Shown in pieces: positions 31,833-42,921 of a stretch of 64,000 nucleotides of DNA (its first letter is position 1; the number at the start of each line of letters is the position of its first letter). The position numbers and the translations under genes are program-made. This DNA is from Escherichia phage vB_VIPECOMC06, in sequence record PQ416618.1, one strand, 5' to 3'. Below the pieces are notes generated by a model. The model was not told where the DNA came from. It was given only the letters and a program-made list of their open reading frames with translations, and did no database searches.

Positions 31833-32243
31833 ATGAAAGATATTGCCGCCGAATATTCCTTTATTAAATATACAGAATTGGAGCTATTAGAAGATGCAAC
31901 AATTAAAACAGTTGATGTCCCTAATAAGAAAAATGTCATATACGCTATTGCTATAGATGACGAACTTGTGTATATTGGTAAAACCAAGAATTTAAAGAAA
32001 CGCATTAACTATTATCGAACAGCCATAAATCGAAAAGACCAGACTTCAGATTCAAGAAAATCTCTTATGATTTTGGATGCCTTAATGCAAGGCAAAAAGG
32101 TTGAATTCTGGGCCCGCCAATGTTTTGACCTTTCAGTCACCAACGAACTTGGTTCAATGACCATCGCAACAATGGACCTTGAAGAACCGCTTTTTATCAA
32201 AAAGTTCAACCCGCCTTGGAATATCCAACATAAGAAAAAGTAG
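31833..32243 (+). CDS. denA: endonuclease II (GIY-YIG family)
   Basis: 136 aa; MK.IA.EYSFIKYTELEL...NVIYAIAI.DELVYIGKTKNL.KRINYYRTAINRKD...PPWNIQHKKK matches T4 DenA. Confidence 0.92.
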   Translation: MKDIAAEYSFIKYTELELLEDATIKTVDVPNKKNVIYAIAIDDELVYIGKTKNLKKRINYYRTAINRKDQTSDSRKSLMILDALMQGKKVEFWARQCFDLSVTNELGSMTIATMDLEEPLFIKKFNPPWNIQHKKK

Positions 32244-32272
32244 TTTACATGCCACAAGGATTGTGGTACAAT
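32243..32272 (+). promoter_or_regulatory. early promoter upstream of rnlA
   Basis: GTTTACatgCCACAAggaTTGTGGTACAAT. Confidence 0.55.
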
Positions 32273-32290
32273 TTAAAAAAAACTAACTGA

Positions 32291-33424
<1,134 letters not shown>

Positions 33425-33426
33425 TG

Positions 33427-33456
33427 GTTTACAAACACCACGGAAGGTGTTACTAT
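33427..33456 (+). promoter_or_regulatory. early promoter upstream of alc
   Basis: GTTTACaaacaccacggaaggtgtTACTAT. Confidence 0.55.
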
Positions 33457-33486
33457 GGCTTTTATCAACAACACGAGGAGAAAATT

Positions 33487-33987
33487 ATGAATATGCAATT
33501 GATTACTAACGATATGGTTGTGGCAGCATTTGGTGATTCTACAGACGGAATCCGAGTCTTTAAGAAAGGACGTCCAGTTGGTTATCTTACTGACCTACGT
33601 GTTACACTGGCCAAAAATGCTAAAAAGAAGTTAAAGCAAAAAGAATATTCAACACGTTACACCGAAGAGAAACGTGAAGCGATGCCAGAAGCAGTTAATG
33701 CCATGGTAGAATTTCTTCAAAACAATTTGACTAAATATGACGCTAATGTGTTCATTAATATTAGTCAACCAAATGTACATATCGCAGGTATAAAATTCTA
33801 CATTATTTGCGACCCTCTTACCGACAAATTCAACCGCCTCGGAATTTCAAGTCCATATCATACAGCAGAAGAGTTGTGTGTATTGTTTGAATCGTACAAA
33901 ATCCAGTGCGATGGTCCGAAAACCGTTCTTATCAATGGATTATCCCGAGATGAAATCATTGAGATTATTAAAACATGCTTAAAGTAA
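33487..33987 (+). CDS. alc: Alc (blocks host transcription on dC-DNA)
   Basis: ATG at 33487 with GAGGAGAAAA SD; MNMQLITNDM.VAAFGDST.GIRVFKKGR.VGYL.DLRV.LAKN.KKKLK matches T4 Alc; the upstream part of the track ORF contains an early promoter, so the shorter start is used. Confidence 0.85.
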   Translation: MNMQLITNDMVVAAFGDSTDGIRVFKKGRPVGYLTDLRVTLAKNAKKKLKQKEYSTRYTEEKREAMPEAVNAMVEFLQNNLTKYDANVFINISQPNVHIAGIKFYIICDPLTDKFNRLGISSPYHTAEELCVLFESYKIQCDGPKTVLINGLSRDEIIEIIKTCLK

Positions 33988-34331
33988 ATCCGATTTATGC
34001 TATAGTAGCAGCTTTTGCTCTAGTTTCTACGGTAACAATAGTTGTCTTAAACAACAAAGTTGATTCGTTGAATACTGAATTAGCTTCTGTCAAAGAGACC
34101 GCTAAAAACAATGCTAAAGTATTAGACGACTTCAAGGTTCAATATCAGTCAATCGAAGAAATGACTTATAAGAACCGTGTTTTAGTTGACCAACTTAAGG
34201 CCGAAAATGAAAAGCTCCGTAAGGATTCGAAGAAGAAGAACGTGGTGGCGAGTAAGCCAGGATTGGTCGAAAAACAAATCAACAAGTCCTTCGATTCCTT
34301 TGCAGAAGACCTCAGGAAGCTCTCAGAATGA
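33975..34331 (+). CDS. membrane-anchored protein (pseT.3-like by position)
   Basis: 118 aa; N-terminal hydrophobic helix VNPIYAIVAAFALVSTVTIVVL then coiled-coil-like region. Confidence 0.55.
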   Translation: MLKVNPIYAIVAAFALVSTVTIVVLNNKVDSLNTELASVKETAKNNAKVLDDFKVQYQSIEEMTYKNRVLVDQLKAENEKLRKDSKKKNVVASKPGLVEKQINKSFDSFAEDLRKLSE

Positions 34332-34618
34332 TTAAATTAACCGCAGTTGTATTATCTATTGGCATTTTGGCTGGGTGTGCCCAGGATGTGCCCTTAAGCC
34401 CTAAAGAAACTTTACATCCGCCATGGCCTGAATCTATTGTTGAATATAACCAGAAATGGCAAGTAAAGGTTATTGATGGTAATCCGTGGGTTGGAATGCC
34501 GTTTGAAGACTCTCAAGAATTTCGTATCTGGTTAAACGACGTAAAAAGATATGTACATGACCAGAAGACTATGATATGTTATTATCGTAGTGGTTTAAAA
34601 GAGGAAAAATGCCAATGA
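34328..34618 (+). CDS. putative lipoprotein (pseT.2-like by position)
   Basis: 96 aa; signal peptide with lipobox-like LAGC (MIKLTAVVLSIGILAGC). Confidence 0.55.
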   Translation: MIKLTAVVLSIGILAGCAQDVPLSPKETLHPPWPESIVEYNQKWQVKVIDGNPWVGMPFEDSQEFRIWLNDVKRYVHDQKTMICYYRSGLKEEKCQ

Positions 34619-34833
34619 CTAAAGAACAGCACGAATACATTAAAGGGCTTATCTATGAATCTGAAATGGCGGCTATGATTTATGGGCGACAGATTCAACG
34701 ATTAGAATCTTTGCCTCCGACTAACGACCGCTTGTTAGTTCAGTCTCGTGCTAATCTGAAAAATGAATATCAGAATAAGTGGGCAGTAGCGACTAAAGCT
34801 CTTCACGAGTATATTGAATCTTTAGTAAAATAG
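34609..34833 (+). CDS. hypothetical small protein
   Basis: 74-aa ORF overlapping the upstream stop. Confidence 0.5.
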   Translation: MPMTKEQHEYIKGLIYESEMAAMIYGRQIQRLESLPPTNDRLLVQSRANLKNEYQNKWAVATKALHEYIESLVK

Positions 34834-34868
34834 TTTACAAACTCTCGGGAGCAGAGTATAATGCTCCT
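34833..34868 (+). promoter_or_regulatory. early promoter with palindrome flanking TATAAT
   Basis: GTTTACaaactctcgGGAGCAgagTATAATGCTCC. Confidence 0.6.
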
Positions 34869-36102
<1,234 letters not shown>

Positions 36103-36103
<1 letters not shown>

Positions 36104-36294
36104 TGAAACGATTATATGAAGTGATTGAGGCCATCGAACAGCATAAAGAATATTTGTTTGTAGCCTGGCCTTTAGTAAATGGACAGTTCGGTATTGATGT
36201 GCTGGACTATGAGCATGAAGAACGTTTGGACTGCGGTATATTTGATAACGTCGACCAGGCAATTGAATGGTTAAATGAAAACTATGTACGATAA
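36103..36294 (+). CDS. hypothetical small protein
   Basis: 63-aa ORF, ATGA overlap with pseT stop. Confidence 0.5.
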
Positions 36295-36499
36295 ACATCA
36301 CGAAATCGAAGATGAAGCATACAAAATGCTTCGTAAACTAGTGGGACTCAATATGAGTTCTACATTAATCAACAAGCTTACCGAAATTCGTAACGACCTG
36401 AATACTCGTTACAAAGGCGAATATCATGTAGAGTTTGTTCCTGTAGGTGAACCGACCGAGCAATTTGTTGTTCGAGTTAAAGTAAATACTGTACACTGA
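36275..36499 (+). CDS. hypothetical small protein
   Basis: 74-aa ORF. Confidence 0.45.
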   Translation: MKTMYDKHHEIEDEAYKMLRKLVGLNMSSTLINKLTEIRNDLNTRYKGEYHVEFVPVGEPTEQFVVRVKVNTVH

Positions 36500-36506
36500 G
36501 GTAATT

Positions 36507-36782
36507 ATGTTCCCAACTTATTCTGAAATTGTAAAGGTAGTCTTCAGTCAGATTATTGCTAATAATATGTTTGAAGTGTTTGATAATGCAGCCGAACTCA
36601 GAGTTCATGCTCAACTAACTCATGTACTCAATGCTTTGCTCCCAGACCAAGTAGATTCTATTGCTATTACTCTTCTCCCTGGGTCTGCACACGTCATAGT
36701 GGTATTTGATCTTGACGGCGATTTAGTTATCCAATGTGATATCAATTTCGGTACACAAAAAATTGAATGCAAAGCAATTTAA
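36507..36782 (+). CDS. hypothetical small protein
   Basis: 91-aa ORF with GAGG SD. Confidence 0.5.
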   Translation: MFPTYSEIVKVVFSQIIANNMFEVFDNAAELRVHAQLTHVLNALLPDQVDSIAITLLPGSAHVIVVFDLDGDLVIQCDINFGTQKIECKAI

Positions 36783-36784
36783 TG

Positions 36785-36818
36785 GTTTACAACATGGTGG
36801 AGTTGTGATACTATAACT
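36785..36818 (+). promoter_or_regulatory. early promoter driving the operon that includes the DAHP-synthase-like gene
   Basis: GTTTACaacatggtgGAGTTgtgaTACTATAACTC. Confidence 0.55.
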
Positions 36819-36842
36819 CTACCAACAAATGAGGAAATAGAA

Positions 36843-37079
36843 ATGCTAAGTGAAAACCCAATTACAGTACACGAATTTCAGATTAAAGTAAAAGAATTTG
36901 CTCAAGCACTCATCAATAAAGTGTCTGAACGTTTCCAAGATGCAACATTACGAGTTATTCAAGAATCTCCACGTTCTTTTCTCATAATCGTTAATCCTAA
37001 AGATGGTGACCAAATTACTAATCTTAAATTAGGCAGTGATGGTCTTGTTGAAGCAACTCGAGTATATGGAACACTATAA
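36843..37079 (+). CDS. hypothetical small protein
   Basis: 78-aa ORF after an early promoter, GAGGAAA SD. Confidence 0.5.
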   Translation: MLSENPITVHEFQIKVKEFAQALINKVSERFQDATLRVIQESPRSFLIIVNPKDGDQITNLKLGSDGLVEATRVYGTL

Positions 37080-37199
37080 TTAGAGCTATCTCATTACTAT
37101 CGAGAATGGTCATAAATCTGAGCACTACCAACTTAGCCTGTCTAATCCGGTTAAAGGTGTTGTTGAATCAGAATCTGTTTATATCTCCTAAGGATTGTT

Positions 37200-38192
37200 A
37201 TGTTACCTGTCATCAGAAAACTTATTTCTCCAAAAGAACTGGCTGAGATTATTCCTTTGTCGGAAGCTTACGCATCACAAGTGGCTTCTCATCGCGAACA
37301 AGTTAATTCGATTATGAACGGTGAAGACCCACGCAAACTTATTGTTGTAGGTCCTTGTTCAATTCATGACCCTATTGCTGCTGTTGAATACGGCAAACGT
37401 CTGGCTGAACTTCAAACTCGTCTTCCTAATGTTCTGTTAGTGATGCGCGTTTATTTTGAAAAGCCTCGAACTACCGTAGGTTGGAAAGGTCTTGTAAATG
37501 ATCCATATCTTGACGGAAGTTTTGATATGAACCACGGTCTTATAGTTGCACGAACATTGTGTCGTAAACTTCTACGCATGGGACTTCCATTAGCAACTGA
37601 AGTATTAGACCCATTCACGATTAAGTATCTTTCTGGTATTTTCTCATGGGTTGCTATTGGCGCCCGTACGACTGAAAGTCAGACACATCGTGAAATTGCT
37701 TCAGGTCTACCGATGTGCGTAGGCTTCAAGAACGCAACCAATGGTTCTATTAAAGTAGCTACAGACGCGATGTATAGTGCCGCCTGGCCTCATCGGTATA
37801 TGGGTATGGACGTCGATGGTACTGTAGGCATTGTTGAAGCTGAAGGTAATCAGAATACGCATATCGTATTGCGTGGCGGGACTAACGGCCCGAACTATCA
37901 TTCTTCTGATATTCAAGAAGCTTCTAACAAAGCAAGTGCATTAGGTCTGAATCATTATGTAATGGTTGACTGTAGCCATGCAAACGCTGATGGGTATTAT
38001 AGCAATCAAATTGGTATTGGTAAAAATTTAGCAGCTAATGATTTGGTCAAAGGAATTATGATAGAATCATTCCTACATGAAGGAAATCAAAAAATTTCTG
38101 ATAATATGTCCTATGGCGTTTCCGTTACCGATGCGTGCATCAGTTGGGAACAAACTAAAGAGCTGTTAACTTATATTAATAAGGTTCAATAA
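37200..38192 (+). CDS. class I DAHP synthase homologue (3-deoxy-D-arabino-heptulosonate-7-phosphate synthase, AroG/AroF-like)
   Basis: 330 aa; conserved blocks VVGPCSIHD, VMRVYFEKPRTTVGWKGL, AIGARTTESQTHRE, VDCSHANA, MIESFLHEGNQ, VSVTDACISWEQT align with E. coli AroG active-site motifs; AAGGA SD. Confidence 0.85.
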   Translation: MLPVIRKLISPKELAEIIPLSEAYASQVASHREQVNSIMNGEDPRKLIVVGPCSIHDPIAAVEYGKRLAELQTRLPNVLLVMRVYFEKPRTTVGWKGLVNDPYLDGSFDMNHGLIVARTLCRKLLRMGLPLATEVLDPFTIKYLSGIFSWVAIGARTTESQTHREIASGLPMCVGFKNATNGSIKVATDAMYSAAWPHRYMGMDVDGTVGIVEAEGNQNTHIVLRGGTNGPNYHSSDIQEASNKASALGLNHYVMVDCSHANADGYYSNQIGIGKNLAANDLVKGIMIESFLHEGNQKISDNMSYGVSVTDACISWEQTKELLTYINKVQ

Positions 38193-38773
38193 TGAAAGCT
38201 AGCACATATCTTCAAATTGCTTATTTGATTTCTCAAGAATCAAAATGTTGTTCATGGAAAGTTGGTGCCGTCATTGAAAAAGATGGACGCATTATCTCTA
38301 CTGGATATAATGGCTCACCAGCAGGTGGCGTTAACTGTTGTGAACATGCATCCGAAAATGGTTGGTTGAAGAATAAACCAAGCCCGGTCATCGTTGCTGG
38401 ACATAAAGAAGGCACTACGGCATTTGGACGGGCAGATAATTTTGTTTTGGCTAAAGAACATCGGGCCGCTCATAGTGCATGGTCTGCTAATAATGAAATC
38501 CATGCGGAATTGAACGCAATTTTGTTTGCAGCTCGTAAAGGTAATTCTATTGAAGGTGCTACGTTATATACGACGCTTTCTCCGTGTCCTGATTGCACTA
38601 AAGCTATTACGCAGTCAGGTATTAAAAAGGTTGTATACGCAGAATTATATGACAGATCTCCTGAAAATTGGGCAGACATTCTAAAACAAGCCGGTATTGA
38701 AGTAATTCAGTACTCTCGTAATAATCTTCGTTCTCTGAATTGGGAACAAATCCGAAACTTTTGTGGTGAATAA
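38192..38773 (+). CDS. cd: dCMP deaminase
   Basis: 193 aa; MKAST.LQIAYL.SQESKCCSWKVGAVIEK.GRIISTGYNGSPAGGVNCC...HAELNAILFAAR.G.SIEGAT.Y.TLSPCPDC.KAI matches T4 Cd. Confidence 0.95.
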   Translation: MKASTYLQIAYLISQESKCCSWKVGAVIEKDGRIISTGYNGSPAGGVNCCEHASENGWLKNKPSPVIVAGHKEGTTAFGRADNFVLAKEHRAAHSAWSANNEIHAELNAILFAARKGNSIEGATLYTTLSPCPDCTKAITQSGIKKVVYAELYDRSPENWADILKQAGIEVIQYSRNNLRSLNWEQIRNFCGE

Positions 38774-38774
38774 T

Positions 38775-39071
38775 ATGATTTTAACTGAACAAGAAACTAT
38801 GGTTCTTCGTGAACGTATTAAAACTATTCTATCTGTAGGCGTTCATTGTGTTGTATTTGAAAAGGCTAACGGCGAGGTACGCACTATGTTTGCTTCGCGC
38901 GATGAACTTGAAGTCAAATATGAAAATAACAATCCAGCAACAGAAGTTCGTTATGAACCTCGTGAATCAGTTCGAGCATTCGATACCAAGTTAGGCCAGT
39001 GGCGTTCTTTCCGCCTTGATAAAGTAATTTCGGTTGATGGTACTCCGGTGGAACGTTTGCTTCTTATGTAA
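38775..39071 (+). CDS. hypothetical protein
   Basis: ATG at 38775 just after cd stop; about 98 aa. Confidence 0.5.
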   Translation: MILTEQETMVLRERIKTILSVGVHCVVFEKANGEVRTMFASRDELEVKYENNNPATEVRYEPRESVRAFDTKLGQWRSFRLDKVISVDGTPVERLLLM

Positions 39072-39128
39072 TATGCTTTACGAATAGTATGGTATTATTA
39101 ATCTATCGTCAAACAACAAGGAAATAAG

Positions 39129-39461
39129 ATGTCTGAAGTACAACTCCCAATTCGTGCTGTTGGTGAATATGTCATTCTGGTTTCTGAACCCGCTCAAGCA
39201 GGCGATGAAGAAGTTACAGAATCAGGACTTGTGATTGGTAAACGTGTTCAAGGTGAAGTTCCTGAACTATGTGTAGTTCATTCTGTAGGTCCTGATGTTC
39301 CTGAAGGTTTTGTTGAAGTCGGTGATTTGACTCCACTACCAGTTGGACAAATTCGAAATGTTCCGCATCCATTTGTGGCTTTAGGTCTTAAACAACCTAA
39401 AGAAATTAAACAGAAATTCGTAACATGTCACTATAAAGCTATTCCATGTCTTTATAAGTGA
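39129..39461 (+). CDS. 31: gp31 co-chaperonin (GroES-like) for capsid protein folding
   Basis: 110 aa; ...[102 protein letters not shown] matches T4 gp31. Confidence 0.95.
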   Translation: MSEVQLPIRAVGEYVILVSEPAQAGDEEVTESGLVIGKRVQGEVPELCVVHSVGPDVPEGFVEVGDLTPLPVGQIRNVPHPFVALGLKQPKEIKQKFVTCHYKAIPCLYK

Positions 39462-39585
39462 TATAAATAACTATATGAAGAGAACACTCTTCTAAGCGGT
39501 AGCCTACAACTGAGAGACTTGTCGAAAGAAGGTGAAATTCAGAAGAACGTGGCTACTAAATATTATCTCGAATTGAGAATTTAAA

Positions 39586-39834
39586 ATGATTAAACAATTA
39601 CAACACGCTCTTGAACTGCAACGCCATGCATGGAATAATGGCCATGACAATTACGGTGCATCTATTGATGTTGAAGCCGAAGCTCTTGAAATCTTACAGT
39701 ATTTCAAACATCTGAATCCAGCACAAGCCGATCTTCGCGATATCCTGGTCCAGAAAGATGAATTGAAATATGCTAAGCCTCTGGCTTCTGCAGCACGTAA
39801 AGCAGTTCGTCATTTTGTTATTACTTTGAAATAA
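39586..39834 (+). CDS. rIII: rIII lysis inhibition accessory protein
   Basis: 82 aa; MIKQLQHALELQR.AWNNGH.NYGASIDVEAEALEIL.YFKHLNPAQ...KDELKYAKPLASAAR.AVRHFV.TLK matches T4 rIII. Confidence 0.92.
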   Translation: MIKQLQHALELQRHAWNNGHDNYGASIDVEAEALEILQYFKHLNPAQADLRDILVQKDELKYAKPLASAARKAVRHFVITLK

Positions 39835-39997
39835 TTACTACCATGCGTCAGCAAAATGTTAGCTGTGTAAGTCATGGTAGGTATGATGACGGGTTTACGG
39901 TTATCCTGTCGTTAAATATCCAAAACCTATGTTCCCCTTGAGGGCTTGAGCAGGCAATGTCAATAAGTCCTGCATTTTCATTTAAAGAGAATTTATA

Positions 39998-40177
39998 ATG
40001 GCAAAACAAGCTAAAGCAAAGAAAGCAGTCGAAAAGAAAGTTGATGGTACCTCTAAACGCGCTGGATACAAGCGTGGGTCGAACTATCGTATTAATCAAA
40101 CCGTTGAGAAGATCATGCGCAGAGCACGTGCAGTTCTTCGAGATGATGCTTCTCGTTTTGGAAAGGTTGTTGCATAA
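39998..40177 (+). CDS. small basic protein (59 aa)
   Basis: MAKQAKAKKAVEKKVDGTSKRAGYKRGSNYRINQTVEKIMRRARAVLRDDASRFGKVVA; followed directly by a terminator hairpin; below the ORF-track cutoff. Confidence 0.45.
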   Translation: MAKQAKAKKAVEKKVDGTSKRAGYKRGSNYRINQTVEKIMRRARAVLRDDASRFGKVVA

Positions 40178-40182
40178 TTTTA

Positions 40183-40205
40183 GGGAGACTTCGGTCTCCC
40201 TTTTG
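40183..40205 (+). terminator. intrinsic terminator after the rIII-region small gene
   Basis: GGGAGACTTCGGTCTCCC followed by TTTTG. Confidence 0.85.
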
Positions 40206-40236
40206 TGCGTTTAGGGCAGAAAAAGTTTAAAAAAGA

Positions 40237-40266
40237 TGTTTACTCTCCTGTAGGATGTGTTACTAT
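40237..40266 (+). promoter_or_regulatory. T4-type early promoter
   Basis: GTTTACtctcctgtaggatgtgtTACTAT. Confidence 0.55.
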
Positions 40267-40307
40267 AGACTTGTACCACCTAATCAATAAAACAACCGGA
40301 GAATAAA

Positions 40308-40679
40308 ATGAACATTATCAATTTAAATGCTACAATTAAATGCCGTGACCATGATGGATATAAATCTCAAGTTGTTAACGAGTTACAGTGGATGGTTCGT
40401 TCAGTTCAAGGTGATGTGGTTTATTGTACAACTCCTGATGGCCCTTCAGACGATTTTTGTTATCATATCGAAATCGAAAACTTTTTCACTGGTGAAATTT
40501 ACCGTCTGAATTCTACAGTTTATGGTTGTATTCGTTCTAAAACTTACGAAGATGAAGAGACTGGTTACTCTGAAGATGTTGTATGGTACGAAAATGCCAG
40601 AAATCGCGCAGAGGCATTAATCGAGAAGATTAAAGCAAAAGGTGTTATCGATTCAGCTAAGTGGACAAAAATCAAATAA
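40308..40679 (+). CDS. hypothetical early protein
   Basis: 123-aa ORF after an early promoter, GGAGAA SD. Confidence 0.55.
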   Translation: MNIINLNATIKCRDHDGYKSQVVNELQWMVRSVQGDVVYCTTPDGPSDDFCYHIEIENFFTGEIYRLNSTVYGCIRSKTYEDEETGYSEDVVWYENARNRAEALIEKIKAKGVIDSAKWTKIK

Positions 40680-40683
40680 AAAT

Positions 40684-40722
40684 GTTTACTTTGGTACAGG
40701 TTTTGTTATTATAGACCTGTAC
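40684..40722 (+). promoter_or_regulatory. T4-type early promoter with palindrome around -10
   Basis: GTTTACtttGGTACAGGttttgtTATTATagaCCTGTACC. Confidence 0.6.
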
Positions 40723-40753
40723 CAACAAACAACTTAAACATCTGGAGAATAAA

Positions 40754-41119
40754 ATGAACTACATCAACTTCGAACGTAAATATGTTTCTAACGGTATTGC
40801 TGGTTCTATTGATACGATTTGCTTATGGAAACATAATAACGGTTCAGTATGTGAAATTGAGCAGTATATGACTCCTAATTACGTTTATATGCGATTTGAA
40901 AATGGCATCACGGTTTCAATCACGATGGAAGGTTCTACTTTTAAAATCGCTTTAGATGATGATTTCCGTCAACGTGATTTAGGTACCCATCCTTGCTGGA
41001 ACGGCGTTAATCGTAAGCTTCTGGTTAAAACCTGGATTCGTCACATCCTGAGCAACCGAGCTAAACCTGAACATCTCGAAGCAATCTTTGATGTAGTTCT
41101 GAATGAATTCGATATCTAA
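40754..41119 (+). CDS. hypothetical early protein
   Basis: 121-aa ORF after an early promoter, GGAGAA SD. Confidence 0.55.
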   Translation: MNYINFERKYVSNGIAGSIDTICLWKHNNGSVCEIEQYMTPNYVYMRFENGITVSITMEGSTFKIALDDDFRQRDLGTHPCWNGVNRKLLVKTWIRHILSNRAKPEHLEAIFDVVLNEFDI

Positions 41120-41129
41120 TCTTAAAAAT

Positions 41130-41148
41130 GGAGGCTTCGGCCTCCTTT
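41130..41148 (+). terminator. intrinsic terminator
   Basis: GGAGGCTTCGGCCTCC hairpin followed by TTT. Confidence 0.7.
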
Positions 41149-41160
41149 GAGGAAAATATT

Positions 41161-41448
41161 ATGTTTATGACCACTTATTTCGATACTCGTAAAAATTTCT
41201 GTGAAGTTGTTTTCTCTAAAGCTGGTAAAGACGTTCCTGCCGACAAACAACCTACTCGTGAATCTATTAAGGCTTATGCTGATGTTGTATGCCCGGTAGA
41301 ATTCCGTACTGTTAATGGACGTGATACCCTGGCAATCACTAAGCTCAACCGTGACATCAATATCGACCCAAGTGTCGCCCGTGAAGTCAATACCTCTGAC
41401 ATCTATGGTGGTAATGTTAAATCACACGGCTTTCAGATGAGGTTCTAA
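41161..41448 (+). CDS. hypothetical protein
   Basis: ATG at 41161 downstream of the terminator hairpin; the track start at 41128 lies inside the hairpin. Confidence 0.45.
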   Translation: MFMTTYFDTRKNFCEVVFSKAGKDVPADKQPTRESIKAYADVVCPVEFRTVNGRDTLAITKLNRDINIDPSVAREVNTSDIYGGNVKSHGFQMRF

Positions 41449-41642
41449 TGCAACTATTCTTATCACAAACAGTCCAGTTAAAAGGCATAGGTATTCCTGG
41501 AATGATTTCAAAGGTTCTACCTGCTTTTAAATTAGGTAATGTTACTATTAAAAAAGCCTACGCCGTCTTATGGGTCGATGGAACTGAAGACGTTCGCATG
41601 AGTTCTGAATTAGAAGTTATCAAAAACCTTAAAAGACTATGA
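41448..41642 (+). CDS. hypothetical small protein
   Basis: 64-aa ORF. Confidence 0.45.
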   Translation: MQLFLSQTVQLKGIGIPGMISKVLPAFKLGNVTIKKAYAVLWVDGTEDVRMSSELEVIKNLKRL

Positions 41643-42091
41643 TTGAAATCAGAAGCAATTTTCCATGGCCGTCATGTGCATTAAGTAACTTTGCTAAATG
41701 GCCTTTTGTTATGGATGGTATTCAATTCGGAGGTCTTGAAGGATTTCTCCAAGGATGTAAGGTGAAAAATATTGAACAACAAAAACGTATATTTGGGTTG
41801 TCCGGATTGGCTGCACAGCAAGCTGGAAGGTCTTATGCAAGAGCTCAGGACCGTGGGACTCTCTTCTGGTTAGGAGTTCCATTTTCAAGATACTCCGAAG
41901 CGTGGAAAGAATTATACACAAATGCATATTTTGAAGCCGCGATCCAAAACAAGGGGTTTCGTGATGCCTTACAAGCCTCTAAAGGAAAAATTTTGAAGCA
42001 CAGCATGGCTAGCGGTCTAACAAAAGATGATACAATACTAACCGAAGCTGAATTTATTGATGTGTTAAACCTATTAAGAGACTCTTTATGA
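41639..42091 (+). CDS. NADAR/YbiA-like (DUF1768 family) domain protein
   Basis: 150 aa; LSNFAKWPFVMDGIQFGGLEGFLQGCKV resembles the YbiA core FSNFA.WP..VDG...SEHYFQAQKF; C-terminal region follows the same family pattern. Confidence 0.5.
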   Translation: MIEIRSNFPWPSCALSNFAKWPFVMDGIQFGGLEGFLQGCKVKNIEQQKRIFGLSGLAAQQAGRSYARAQDRGTLFWLGVPFSRYSEAWKELYTNAYFEAAIQNKGFRDALQASKGKILKHSMASGLTKDDTILTEAEFIDVLNLLRDSL

Positions 42092-42912
42092 AACCTACTA
42101 TTTTGACCGATATTGATGGTGTATGTTTAAGCTGGCAATCCGGACTTCCTTATTTTGCCCAAAAATATAATCTTCCATTAGAACATATTTTAAAAATGAT
42201 TCAGGACGAAAAATTTATTTCTCCTGGTAAACTATTCAATACCGACGATAACCTTGGTAAACAATTAATAGAAAAATATAATAGCTCTGATTTTATTCGT
42301 TACTTAGCGCCTTATTCAGATGCTCTTCGAGTTATCAATAAACTAAAAGAAGACTATAATTTTGTAGCCGTGACGGCGCTAGGTGATTCAATTGATGCTC
42401 GATTGAATAGACAATTTAATTTGAATGCTTTGTTCCCAGGCGCTTTCTCTGAAGTAATGATGTGTGGTCATGATTCTTCAAAGGAACAATTATTCGAACT
42501 AGCTAAAACAAAATATAACGTGATTTGTTACGTTGACGATTTAGCTCATCACTGTGACCATGCAGCAGAAATTCTTAATGTACCGATTTATTGGTTGGCT
42601 CGAGGTGAACGTGATGCCATTCCTCGTACTGCACAACGTGTACACACGTGGGATGATATTGAATCTCGTTTGGTTCCACCTGAGCATAAGTCAGGTTCAG
42701 ATCGTGAAGACCTTTTAAAACGATTGGCCGATTTGCTTAAAGAATCTGGTGCAACAAGTCCAGGTGCATGGCCTAATCAAATCGGCGGCCCCTCGACAAC
42801 ACGTACTCCATATACCTGGCGAACTCCAGGACCAACTGATATGCAGCCGTGGTGGACGATTCAAAACTTTCCTTTAGATTCGTCTAAATGGACTTGGTCT
42901 ATAAATTGTTAA
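42088..42912 (+). CDS. HAD-superfamily hydrolase-like protein
   Basis: 274 aa; N-terminal ILTDIDGV (HAD motif I, DxDG[TV]); later YVDD acidic motif. Confidence 0.5.
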   Translation: MKPTILTDIDGVCLSWQSGLPYFAQKYNLPLEHILKMIQDEKFISPGKLFNTDDNLGKQLIEKYNSSDFIRYLAPYSDALRVINKLKEDYNFVAVTALGDSIDARLNRQFNLNALFPGAFSEVMMCGHDSSKEQLFELAKTKYNVICYVDDLAHHCDHAAEILNVPIYWLARGERDAIPRTAQRVHTWDDIESRLVPPEHKSGSDREDLLKRLADLLKESGATSPGAWPNQIGGPSTTRTPYTWRTPGPTDMQPWWTIQNFPLDSSKWTWSINC

Positions 42913-42921
42913 GGGTTAATT

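Noticed and set aside
41128-41160. Track ORF start MEASASFEE at 41128
   Set aside because: This start lies inside the terminator hairpin GGAGGCTTCGGCCTCC; the ATG at 41161 downstream is more plausible.
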